A DNA stretch of 64,000 bases. It comes from an uncultured bacterium (GTDB lineage Bacteria > Zixibacteria > MSB-5A5 > JAABVY01 > JAHJOQ01). The notes beneath the pieces were generated by a model. That model saw only the letters and a program-made list of their open reading frames with translations, searched no databases and was not told where the DNA came from. The position numbers were made by a program, and so were the translations under genes. This document shows positions 56,046-64,000 of the stretch, in pieces (the first letter of the stretch is position 1; each line of letters begins with the position of its first letter). The stretch lies in contig CBDUQR010000002.1 of assembly GCA_965369655.1 (NCBI GenBank), forward strand, positions 33,857 through 97,856. Direction: 5' to 3'.

Positions 56046-58553
56046 ATGAAAGCGATAATAATGGCGGGGGGATTCGGTACTCGTTTGAGGCCGCTGACAC
56101 TCGGGCTGCCAAAGCCGATGGTCCCGATAGCAAACCGTCCGATGATGGAACATGTTGTTGCCCTGCTTCGCAAGCACGGGTTCGATGAGATACGGTCGTT
56201 GCTTTATTTTCAGCCGGAGGCGATATCGGGATATTTCGGCGACGGCTCCGAATTCGGCGTCAGCATGGATTATCTTCTCTCGAAGGATGATTACGGGACG
56301 GCTGGCAGCGTACGTAGCGCGTCAGACTTTATCGGGTCAGATCGAATTCTCGTTATCTCGGGAGATGTGCTGACCGATTTCGATCTGACTGAAGCTGTCA
56401 AGTTCCATCAGGATCGCAAGTCGATGGCAACGATGCTCCTTACTCACATGGAGAATCCGAGGCAGTATGGCGTGGTAATCACTGACAAAAGCGGCCGGAT
56501 CACTCGCTTCCTCGAAAAGCCAACCTGGGGAGAGGTATTCTCCGACAAGATCAATACCGGCATTTATATTCTCGAACCTGAAGTCGTCAATATGATTCCG
56601 CATCAGAAATTCTACGATTTCTCGAAGGATCTCTTTCCCCGCCTGCTCAAAGACGACTCTCCGATGTATGGATACACGGCTGACGGATACTGGCGTGATG
56701 TTGGCAACATTCAGGAATACATGCGCGCCCACATGGATATTCTCGATGGCATCGTCAAGCTCGACCTGTCACTGAATCAGTTGGCGCACAAGGGAGCTAC
56801 TCTCTGGGTGGGCAAGAACCAGGAGGTCGATGACTCCGTCGATTTCAATGGTGTGGTAATCCTTGGCGATGGAGTCACCGTTGGTCCCAATGCGTCACTG
56901 AGTAATTGCGTGATCGGCGAGAAGACCGCTATTGGCGAGTCGGTGACTATCTCCGAGTCGGTCGTTTGGAATGGTGCGAGGATTGCTCAGGGCGCCAGTG
57001 TGACGAAGGCGATGGTTCTGTCGAATGCAACGATACGGGGCGATGCGATTCTGGAAGAGAACTCGATCGTCTCAGAGAACGCCCGCATCGGCAAGGGCGC
57101 TCGCGTGAAAGCCGGATGCAAGGTTTGGCCCGGTAAGGAAGTCGAAGATGGCGCTACACTATCGACGAGCCTGATCTGGGGGGAGAAGTGGAACAGGGAA
57201 CTGTTCACGGACGCCAAAGTATCGGGGCTGGCCAATATCGAGATCACGCCCGAGTTCGCTGCCAAGCTCGGAGCCGCTTACGGATCATCGATTCCGACCG
57301 GACAAAGCATTGTCATATCGAGGGATGCCGGGAACGCGAGCCGAATGGTAGCCCGTTCGATAATCACCGGCATACTTTCCGCAGGCGTAAACACAGAAGA
57401 TATTCGGACTCTTCCGATTCCGCTCGTCAGATATGCGCTCAAGACCGGACGTCACGCTGGCGGTATACATGTGCGGCATTCGCCTCAGGCCAAAGAGGTA
57501 ATAGATATAATATTTGTCGATGGGGACGGCCTCGATTTGCCGACTTCGCGAGCCAAATCGCTCGAAAGGTTGTTCTTCTCCGAAGATTTCCCGCGAGCTA
57601 AGCTGGATGACATAGGCCAGATCGAATACCCGATTCGGATACTCGAAGCATACAGGCAGGACTTTCTCAAAGCTATCGATGTCGATCTGGTCAGGAAAAG
57701 GCGATTCAAGGTGGTCGTCGATTATGATCACGGCGGCGCTGTGGAAGTGTTTCCGGTCATATTCGCCGCTCTGAACTGCGAGGTTATTTCGCTGAACGCG
57801 TTTATTGATCCATCGAAGATCGGCAGGGCTCCGGAGCGGACCGAAAGCTCGCTTCAGACACTCTCTTCGATTGTCAGATCATTGAACGCAGATGTCGGGT
57901 TCCTGATCGACAACAGCTCGGAGAAACTCCGGGTCGTGGACAGGGAGGGTAACAGGATTTCCGACATGCTCCTGCTGCTGCTTGTAACATCGCTGTTCCT
58001 GCGGACTCACAGAACCGAGACCATCGCCGTACCGGTTACGGCATCGATGGGTGTCGAGGCGATCGCTTCGGAGTATGGCGTCAAGGTGGTCAGGGTACGC
58101 AACGATCACCTCGCGATGATGCACGCGCTGATTAATCTCGATCCCGGATTTGTTGGCGGGACGCGAGGCGGGTTCATCTATCCCGGATTCCAGAGAGGCA
58201 CCGACGCTATGTTCTCTGCTGTCAAGATTCTCGAGTTGATGGCTATGAGCGGCGCCACGCTCGCTGAGATTCGCTCGGAGTACGAGGGTTATTTCATGGA
58301 TGAGATTGAAGTGTACTGCGACTGGGCCGCTAAGGGGAGAGTGATGCGCCGCCTGATGGAGCACTCAGCCGACAGGAAGCGGGATCTCGTCGATGGAGTC
58401 CGCATCAACTTCGATGATCACTGGGTGCTTGTGACGCCGGATCGCAATAAGGCGTCGTTCTGGGTGATCGCCGAATCGAGGGACGAGGATTTGACCGCCA
58501 GGACGCTCTCGGAGTACAGTTCATACATCTCAGAGTGGCAATCTGAGGCTTAG
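56046..58553 (+). CDS. Bifunctional sugar-1-phosphate nucleotidyltransferase / phosphohexomutase (835 aa)
   Basis: It has an N-terminal NTP_transferase (IIMAGGFGTRLRPLT…KPM), a left-handed beta-helix hexapeptide region and a C-terminal phosphogluco/mannomutase-like alpha/beta/alpha domains I-III. Confidence 0.75.
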   Translation: MKAIIMAGGFGTRLRPLTLGLPKPMVPIANRPMMEHVVALLRKHGFDEIRSLLYFQPEAISGYFGDGSEFGVSMDYLLSKDDYGTAGSVRSASDFIGSDRILVISGDVLTDFDLTEAVKFHQDRKSMATMLLTHMENPRQYGVVITDKSGRITRFLEKPTWGEVFSDKINTGIYILEPEVVNMIPHQKFYDFSKDLFPRLLKDDSPMYGYTADGYWRDVGNIQEYMRAHMDILDGIVKLDLSLNQLAHKGATLWVGKNQEVDDSVDFNGVVILGDGVTVGPNASLSNCVIGEKTAIGESVTISESVVWNGARIAQGASVTKAMVLSNATIRGDAILEENSIVSENARIGKGARVKAGCKVWPGKEVEDGATLSTSLIWGEKWNRELFTDAKVSGLANIEITPEFAAKLGAAYGSSIPTGQSIVISRDAGNASRMVARSIITGILSAGVNTEDIRTLPIPLVRYALKTGRHAGGIHVRHSPQAKEVIDIIFVDGDGLDLPTSRAKSLERLFFSEDFPRAKLDDIGQIEYPIRILEAYRQDFLKAIDVDLVRKRRFKVVVDYDHGGAVEVFPVIFAALNCEVISLNAFIDPSKIGRAPERTESSLQTLSSIVRSLNADVGFLIDNSSEKLRVVDREGNRISDMLLLLLVTSLFLRTHRTETIAVPVTASMGVEAIASEYGVKVVRVRNDHLAMMHALINLDPGFVGGTRGGFIYPGFQRGTDAMFSAVKILELMAMSGATLAEIRSEYEGYFMDEIEVYCDWAAKGRVMRRLMEHSADRKRDLVDGVRINFDDHWVLVTPDRNKASFWVIAESRDEDLTARTLSEYSSYISEWQSEA

Positions 58554-58610
58554 GGGGCACTATAATCTGTTGTCATTCAGGCTCTTGCGCCGCGCCTGAA
58601 ATGCCTTGAC

Positions 58611-60281
58611 TTGTATTTCCGGCATGTATATACTTCGACCCAATATGTCATATCTGTGGCTGTTTGCAAGGGAGATCGAATAAAGTTGTTTAAGTATCTG
58701 AGCATTGCGGCTCTCGTGGCCCTGCTTGCAGTTGAATCGTCCTTCTGTAATCCCGGATTTGATTCCGGGACGCCATCAGACAGCCTGAAGCCGGTTCTTG
58801 CCAGGGACCGACTGGAGGCCTCGGTTCTCGACAAAGTTGTTGATCCCGACGAATACTATGTTGGTCCCGGCGACATGTTCGCAATCGTCTTCGGCGGCAA
58901 ACTGGTGAATCGCTATACGCTCGAAGTGACGCCGGAAGGCGTCCTGCTTATACCGGAGTTCGGCCCTGTCGATGTCGCCGGTGTTTCGCTCTCGACAGCC
59001 AAAGAGAGAATCCTGCGAGCGCTTCGCAGCAGGTACAGAGATGTGGATATCTCGATTTTCCTCGTGCAGTTGCGCAGGGTCAAGGTCACGGTCTCCGGTG
59101 AAGTGCTGTTTCCGGGTGTATATATCCTGTCTGCCAGCGACAGAGTCAGCGAAGCGATCAGGATGGCCGGAGGAGCGGGGGAACACTCGTCTGAGAGAAA
59201 CATCATTCTCTTTCGTGGCGACCGGCAGCTCATGGTCGATCTGCAGAAGTATTTCAGAGTTGATGTGAAAGACGCCAATCCGTATGTGCGCGAGGGGGAT
59301 ATCGTTCTTGTGCCGATATCCGAAAGTGTGATCAACAGGATCGGCATCTACGGCGCGGTCCGTTCGCCGGGTGATCACGAATTCGCGTCCGGTGATAATC
59401 TGCTCGACCTGATAATGCTGGCGTACGGACTCACGACGGACGCCGATTCGTTATCCTGCGAGATAGTACGATTCGAGTCGGACAGGCTTACGACGAGGAC
59501 GATGATCGTGTCACTGCCCGCTGGCGATGAATGGCTTGATAGCGTTAGACATGTTCAATTGCTTCCCGATGACAGGATTTACTTTCGGTCCATCCCTGAG
59601 TTTCACAAGAAAGCTCAGGTCGTTATCTATGGAGAAGTCGTCTATCCGGGCGCGTATCCGATAATTGAGGATGTCACCAAACTCAGTGAAGTGATCGAGA
59701 TGGCAGGCGGTCTTACGGAAAACGCCTCGCTCTCTGAGGCAAGGATGGAGAGAGCAGGTTATGAATCGATCGAAGAGGGGGAGTTTGAGCGCCAGTTGAA
59801 ACTCTCGGCGGAGGAACTCAACGACATAGAAAGAGAATACCTGAGGGCTCAGTCGATCGGCAACCCGGGTCGTGTCTCGGTCGATTTCAAGAGGCTGCTT
59901 GTCGACAAAGAAGGGCGACACGACATCGCGCTGAAGAATCGAGACATGATTATCATACCCCGGCTGAGTCGTACGGTTCGAGTGATAGGCAAAATAACGC
60001 GCCCCGGCCTTGTGGTTCACATATCCGGCATGAATGCCAAATACTACATAGAGCAGGCTGGCGGGTTCGGCTGGCGGGCGAATAAGGGCAAGATAAGAAT
60101 AATCAAGGCAGCATCAGGTGCGATTGTGAAGCCGTCAGGCAAGGTTCCGATCGAGGTCGGCGACGCCATAGTCGTTCCGGAGAAGAGTGAACGCAATTGG
60201 TGGAATACGGCTAAGGATGTCGGTATCTTTCTTGCAAACCTGGCCACTGTCTACATTGTGATCGATCAGGTAATAGAGTAA
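58611..60281 (+). CDS. Polysaccharide export protein (Wza/SLBB-domain family)
   Basis: A Poly_export motif is present (YYVGPGDMFAIVFGG…YTLEVTPEGVLLIPEFGPVDVAGVSLSTAKERI), followed by repeated SLBB-like segments. The start may be TTG 58686, with a GGGAGA RBS and the signal peptide FKYLSIAALVALLAV. Confidence 0.7.
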   Translation: MYFRHVYTSTQYVISVAVCKGDRIKLFKYLSIAALVALLAVESSFCNPGFDSGTPSDSLKPVLARDRLEASVLDKVVDPDEYYVGPGDMFAIVFGGKLVNRYTLEVTPEGVLLIPEFGPVDVAGVSLSTAKERILRALRSRYRDVDISIFLVQLRRVKVTVSGEVLFPGVYILSASDRVSEAIRMAGGAGEHSSERNIILFRGDRQLMVDLQKYFRVDVKDANPYVREGDIVLVPISESVINRIGIYGAVRSPGDHEFASGDNLLDLIMLAYGLTTDADSLSCEIVRFESDRLTTRTMIVSLPAGDEWLDSVRHVQLLPDDRIYFRSIPEFHKKAQVVIYGEVVYPGAYPIIEDVTKLSEVIEMAGGLTENASLSEARMERAGYESIEEGEFERQLKLSAEELNDIEREYLRAQSIGNPGRVSVDFKRLLVDKEGRHDIALKNRDMIIIPRLSRTVRVIGKITRPGLVVHISGMNAKYYIEQAGGFGWRANKGKIRIIKAASGAIVKPSGKVPIEVGDAIVVPEKSERNWWNTAKDVGIFLANLATVYIVIDQVIE

Positions 60282-60322
60282 GAAAACGCAGCTTTTGAAG
60301 GCTCTGAGGCATTGAGGTTAAT

Positions 60323-61333
60323 ATGATAAACATCGGTATGGTCGGGGTGGGAGCCTGGGGAAGGCATCTCCTGAGAAACTTCGCAAACCTGCCCGGCTGT
60401 CGCGTGAAAACTGTCTGTGATCTGAGCGAAAAAGTAAGATCGACTGTCGAAGCCACGTATCCCGGCGTGCGAGCGGTTGAGGATTTCGGGGAGATCACGT
60501 CTGATTCCGAGATCAACGCGGTCGTGATCGCTACGACGCCTGAGACGCACTATAAGCTCGCTGCTGCGGCTCTCGGGTCCGGCAAGGATGTATATGTCGA
60601 GAAACCGCTCGTTCTGAAGATCGCGGACGGGGAGGACCTGATCAAGCTGGCGAAGAACAACCAGAGAATTCTGATGGTCGGTCATATCATGGTGTATCAT
60701 CCTGCCATCCTTCACTTAAAGAAGATTATCGACTCGGGCGAACTCGGAGAGATATACTACGTTTATGCCTCCCGGCTGAATCTCGGAAAGGTACGGGAGA
60801 TCGAGAATGCTCTCTGGAGTTTTGCTCCGCATGACATATCGATAGCGCTGTTCCTTCTCGGGCAGGAGCCTGTCAGTGTTACATCAGTCGGGCAGTCGTA
60901 TCTGCAGCGGTCGAAAGGTATTCAGGATGTGTCATTTATGACTATGCTTTTTGCAGACGGCAAAATGGCGAATGTCCATGTGTCGTGGCTTGACCCCAAT
61001 AAAGTTCGCAAGCTGACTGTGGTTGGATCAAAGAAGATGGCGGTTCTCGACGATGCGAGCGCGTCGGAGAAGCTCAGGATATATGACAAGGGCGTAGAAG
61101 TAGCGACTGATTTTCAGACCTACGGCGAGTTCCTGTCACTTCGGACAGGCGACATTGTGATCCCGAAAATCGACTCGTCGGAACCTTTGCGGAGCGAGTG
61201 TTTACATTTTATTAAGTGCGTTGAGGATAGAACCAAACCGAGGTCCGATGGCGTGGAGGGACTCAAGGTGCTGAAGATTCTCGCGGCTGCTCAGAAGTCC
61301 ATGGAGAACGGTGGCGTTCCAGCCAGGATATAA
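60323..61333 (+). CDS. Gfo/Idh/MocA-family NAD-dependent sugar dehydrogenase (WbpB-like)
   Basis: It has a Rossmann N-terminus (INIGMVGVGAWGRHLLRNF) and the family consensus EKPL…DGEDL. Confidence 0.8.
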   Translation: MINIGMVGVGAWGRHLLRNFANLPGCRVKTVCDLSEKVRSTVEATYPGVRAVEDFGEITSDSEINAVVIATTPETHYKLAAAALGSGKDVYVEKPLVLKIADGEDLIKLAKNNQRILMVGHIMVYHPAILHLKKIIDSGELGEIYYVYASRLNLGKVREIENALWSFAPHDISIALFLLGQEPVSVTSVGQSYLQRSKGIQDVSFMTMLFADGKMANVHVSWLDPNKVRKLTVVGSKKMAVLDDASASEKLRIYDKGVEVATDFQTYGEFLSLRTGDIVIPKIDSSEPLRSECLHFIKCVEDRTKPRSDGVEGLKVLKILAAAQKSMENGGVPARI

Positions 61334-61342
61334 GAGGAATTT

Positions 61343-62089
61343 ATGGTTAAATATGTATCTCCAACAGCTAAGATCGGTGAGATGACTATCATTGGACGTT
61401 TCTGCGTGATCGATGATGACGTTACGATTGGTGAGAACTGCATCCTGGGAAACAATGTCGTGGTCTATCCGGGCGCGACTATCGGAAACAATGTGAGGAT
61501 AGACGACGGTACTGTGATCGGAAAGCAGCCGATGCGGGCTGCGAACTCTGCGGTCACTAAAGACCAGGAACTTGAGCCTGCAAGAATCGGTGATAACTGC
61601 ATCATCGGGACTAATGTCGTAATCTATGCCGGTTCGATCATAGGCGAGAAGGTCCTCGTGGCGGACCTCTCGACAATACGCGAAAATGTAACGATTGGCG
61701 ATTTCACGATCGTCGGAAGATGTGTCGCGATTGAGAATTTCTGCAAGATCGGCTCCTACTGTAAACTGGAGACCAATGTATATATCACGGCGTTCTCGGA
61801 GCTCGAAGACAGAGTTTTCGTGGCGCCCTGTGTGGCGACATCGAACGACAATTTTGTCGGGCGCACAAAGGAACGATTCAAATACTTCAAAGGTGTAACA
61901 ATCAGGAAAGGCGGCAGAATCGGTCTGAACGCGACGATTCTACCCGGCAAGGTGATCGGCGAGGATACGCTCGTCGCGGCTGGAGCACTGGTGACTGCCG
62001 ACACGCCCGCACGGAAGATCGTTGCCGGCGTACCTGCGAAAGTCTTCCGGGATGTGCCGGAGGAACAGCTCCTCGAAAATCAGGAATAG
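61343..62089 (+). CDS. Hexapeptide-repeat sugar N-acetyltransferase (WbpD-like)
   Basis: It has continuous left-handed beta-helix hexapeptides (IGENCILGNNVVVYPGATIGNNVRIDDGTVIG…). Confidence 0.75.
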   Translation: MVKYVSPTAKIGEMTIIGRFCVIDDDVTIGENCILGNNVVVYPGATIGNNVRIDDGTVIGKQPMRAANSAVTKDQELEPARIGDNCIIGTNVVIYAGSIIGEKVLVADLSTIRENVTIGDFTIVGRCVAIENFCKIGSYCKLETNVYITAFSELEDRVFVAPCVATSNDNFVGRTKERFKYFKGVTIRKGGRIGLNATILPGKVIGEDTLVAAGALVTADTPARKIVAGVPAKVFRDVPEEQLLENQE

Positions 62090-62101
62090 AAAGGACCCGG
62101 A

Positions 62102-63208
62102 ATGCAAGTACCGCTCCTGGACTTGAACAGGCAGTATAAGACTATCAAGAAAGAAATCGATGATGCCGTGATGACGGTGCTGGAACACTGTCGTTTCATC
62201 AACGGTCCCGAAGTGAAGCAATTCGAAGAAGAAGTTGCCGCATTCTGTGGCGTGAAGTATGGAATCGGAGTGAACTCAGGGACGGATGCTCTTCTCATTT
62301 CGCTGAGAGCCTGCGGAGTAGGTAAGGGCGACGAAGTCATAACGAGTACATTCTCGTTTTTCGCAACCGCCGGCGTCATCTCTCGTCTTGGGGCGAAGCC
62401 TGTCTTCATCGACATCGATCCGACATATTACAATATCGACATCGCAGCGATAGAGGATGCGATAACATCCCGGACGAAGGTAGTTATACCGGTCCACCTG
62501 TTTGGGCAGTGCGTCGATATGGATGCGATTCTCGAAATCTGCAAGCGAAAACATCTGATGGTCGTGGAAGATGCAGCACAGGCGCTGTCGGCCACGTACA
62601 AAGACCGGAAGGCCGGGACTATCGGAGATTTCGGCTGTTTCTCTTTCTTCCCATCGAAGAACCTCGGCGCCGCAGGCGATGCCGGGATGATTGTCTCGGA
62701 TCGCGAGAGCGAGGTGGAGTTCTCTCGCACGCTTCGCGTGCATGGAGCAAAGCCGAAATACTATCATTCGCATATTGGCTATAACAGCAGGCTGGACACT
62801 ATTCAGGCCGCGATACTCTCGGTGAAGCTCAGGCACCTGCCGGAATGGTCTGATGCGAGACGTGCAAAAGCAGCTGTCTACGATCAAGCTTTCGCCGACG
62901 TCGAGCAGGTCACGACGCCGTGCGTCATGGACGGCAATCGTCACATCTATCACCAGTATACGATTGCAGTACCGAACCGCGATGAACTGCGTGACCACTT
63001 GCGGGAAAAGAGTATCGGGTGTGAGACATATTATCCTGTCCCCCTGCATGCCCAGGAATGCTATGCAGAACTCGGATACCGGCCCGGTGCGCTGCCGGTT
63101 TCGGAGCAGAAGGCGAATGAAGTGATCTCGCTGCCGGTTTTCCCGGAGCTGACCGAGGATGAGCAGCAGTATGTGATCGAAATAATCAAGGCGTTTTACA
63201 GTCGGTAA
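62102..63208 (+). CDS. DegT/DnrJ/EryC1/StrS-family PLP-dependent sugar aminotransferase (WbpE-like)
   Basis: The N-terminus is MQVPLLDLNRQYKTIKKEIDDAV. The PLP-Lys context is FSFFPSKNLGAAGDAGMI. Confidence 0.85.
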   Translation: MQVPLLDLNRQYKTIKKEIDDAVMTVLEHCRFINGPEVKQFEEEVAAFCGVKYGIGVNSGTDALLISLRACGVGKGDEVITSTFSFFATAGVISRLGAKPVFIDIDPTYYNIDIAAIEDAITSRTKVVIPVHLFGQCVDMDAILEICKRKHLMVVEDAAQALSATYKDRKAGTIGDFGCFSFFPSKNLGAAGDAGMIVSDRESEVEFSRTLRVHGAKPKYYHSHIGYNSRLDTIQAAILSVKLRHLPEWSDARRAKAAVYDQAFADVEQVTTPCVMDGNRHIYHQYTIAVPNRDELRDHLREKSIGCETYYPVPLHAQECYAELGYRPGALPVSEQKANEVISLPVFPELTEDEQQYVIEIIKAFYSR

Positions 63209-63267
63209 GGCGACTCCATATATTTCTGGATTGATCGATCCAGTGTGCAGCAGAAAAGCAAATCATG

Positions 63268-63300
63268 AGTGCGGCCGTTGCGGGCCGCGCTTTGCTATTT
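63268..63300 (+). terminator. Possible Rho-independent terminator
   Basis: The GCGGCC-GTTGC-GGGCCGC hairpin is followed by GCTTTGCTATTT. Confidence 0.4.
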
Positions 63301-63384
63301 GGTCGGACATTCCGACATTAAGGGCTTGTTGAGAAAGGCAGTTGAGATGGAATCCCGAGCGGCCAATGGATTCCGCCGTCATTG

Positions 63385-63582
63385 CGAGCAACCGTCGGTC
63401 GCCGATCCCGATCCTGAGGGACGAGGGGATCCCCGAGGGACAGGGAGCGTGGCGATCTCATGTCAAACAGCGTACTACAAGAATCGAGATCACCACGTCG
63501 TTACCGCTCCTTGTGATGACGACTGCGAGGACCTGCGCCCGAAATGGATTTTTCAACAAGCCCATGAACGTGAGTTTGCGAG
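63385..63582. repeat. Noncoding repeat module, family C copy 3, ending at the flippase ATG
   Basis: It contains CGGTCGCCGATCCCGATCCTGAGGGAC, GAGATCACCACGTCGTTACCGCTCCTTGTGATGACGAC and TTTTTCAACAAGCCC in the same order as 5370-5600. Confidence 0.45.
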
Positions 63583-64000
63583 ATGTTTGTTAAGGACAGC
63601 ATAAACACTTTCATTCTTCGCTGTGGCGTTATGCCCCTTGCATTTGTGATCTCGATCGTCGTCTCGAATCTCGGGCAGGAGATCAAGGGACAGATCGCCA
63701 TCGTACTCTTTGTCGTTGGCCTGCTGAAACTGATTATGACGATGGGTTTTGAGGCAGCGGTCATCTACTATCTGAGAAGGAGTAAGTACGATTTCGATAC
63801 ATTGACGAGGAATCTTAACCTTGCCTATCCGGTCCTGTTCGTCGTCTGGTCTGCGATTCTGATTCCCTCGTTTTACTTTCTGCATGTGCAGGGCCTTTTT
63901 GGTGAGATCGGCTTTATCCTTGTAGGTGCGGCCTTTGTCATAGCTCCTTTCGACATCCTTCTCGACATCCAGATTGGCATTCTGTCAGGGACGGGTGAAA
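63583..64000 (+). CDS. Polysaccharide flippase-like membrane protein (Wzx/MOP superfamily), 3'-truncated by the window end
   Basis: The frame is open from ATG 63583 to the end of the window. It is absent from the ORF track because no stop is reached. The product has consecutive TM helices (MPLAFVISIVVSNLG…IAIVLFVVGLLKLIMTMGFEAAVIYYL). Confidence 0.5.
   Translation, partial: MFVKDSINTFILRCGVMPLAFVISIVVSNLGQEIKGQIAIVLFVVGLLKLIMTMGFEAAVIYYLRRSKYDFDTLTRNLNLAYPVLFVVWSAILIPSFYFLHVQGLFGEIGFILVGAAFVIAPFDILLDIQIGILSGTGE

Noticed and set aside
62276-63049. 257-aa minus-strand ORF
   Set aside because: It is antisense inside the DegT-family aminotransferase gene, which has a clear PLP-lysine motif on the plus strand.

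Overview
This 64-kb contig from an uncultivated bacterium (~55% GC) most likely belongs to the FCB superphylum, because it encodes type IX secretion (T9SS) C-terminal sorting domains and BACON-type Ig repeats. All calls were made by eye from the six-frame translations; no database search was run.

Ordinary genes:
- an RND efflux pair (adaptor plus permease)
- nifS and nifU Fe-S cluster assembly genes
- a 1396-aa CHASE/PAS hybrid histidine kinase
- pdxS and pdxT
- a PAS-only protein and a nitrogen-type PTS EIIA
- an AI-2E transporter and ligA
- a complete tol-pal cluster (tolQ, tolR, tolA-like, tolB, pal, ybgF)
- ssb, rsmI, lgt, tmk and an S41 protease
- a polysaccharide locus: fused NDP-sugar pyrophosphorylase/phosphomutase, Wza-like exporter, WbpB/D/E-like trio and a flippase start

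The most unusual content is a probable non-cellulosomal cohesin-dockerin surface-assembly system coupled to T9SS, made of three pieces:
- a 1680-aa T9SS-sorted scaffoldin-like protein (7 BACON repeats, a cohesin-like module, novel internal repeats)
- two tandem paralogous BNR-propeller proteins, each ending in a double dockerin repeat and each with its own copy of the same terminator
- a small secreted dockerin-cohesin adaptor lying beside an IS256 transposase remnant

Other notable items:
- an orphan phage tail-assembly-chaperone-like gene pair with a textbook -1 slippery site (G GGA AAA)
- an AT-rich islet carrying a HEPN-motif protein, bounded by palindromic repeats
- an inositol-phospholipid biosynthesis locus (MIPS, CDP-alcohol phosphatidyltransferase, PfkB kinase, PAP2)
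- three families of dispersed intergenic repeats, one of which abuts the start codons of two unrelated genes

No tRNA, rRNA or CRISPR array was recognised.
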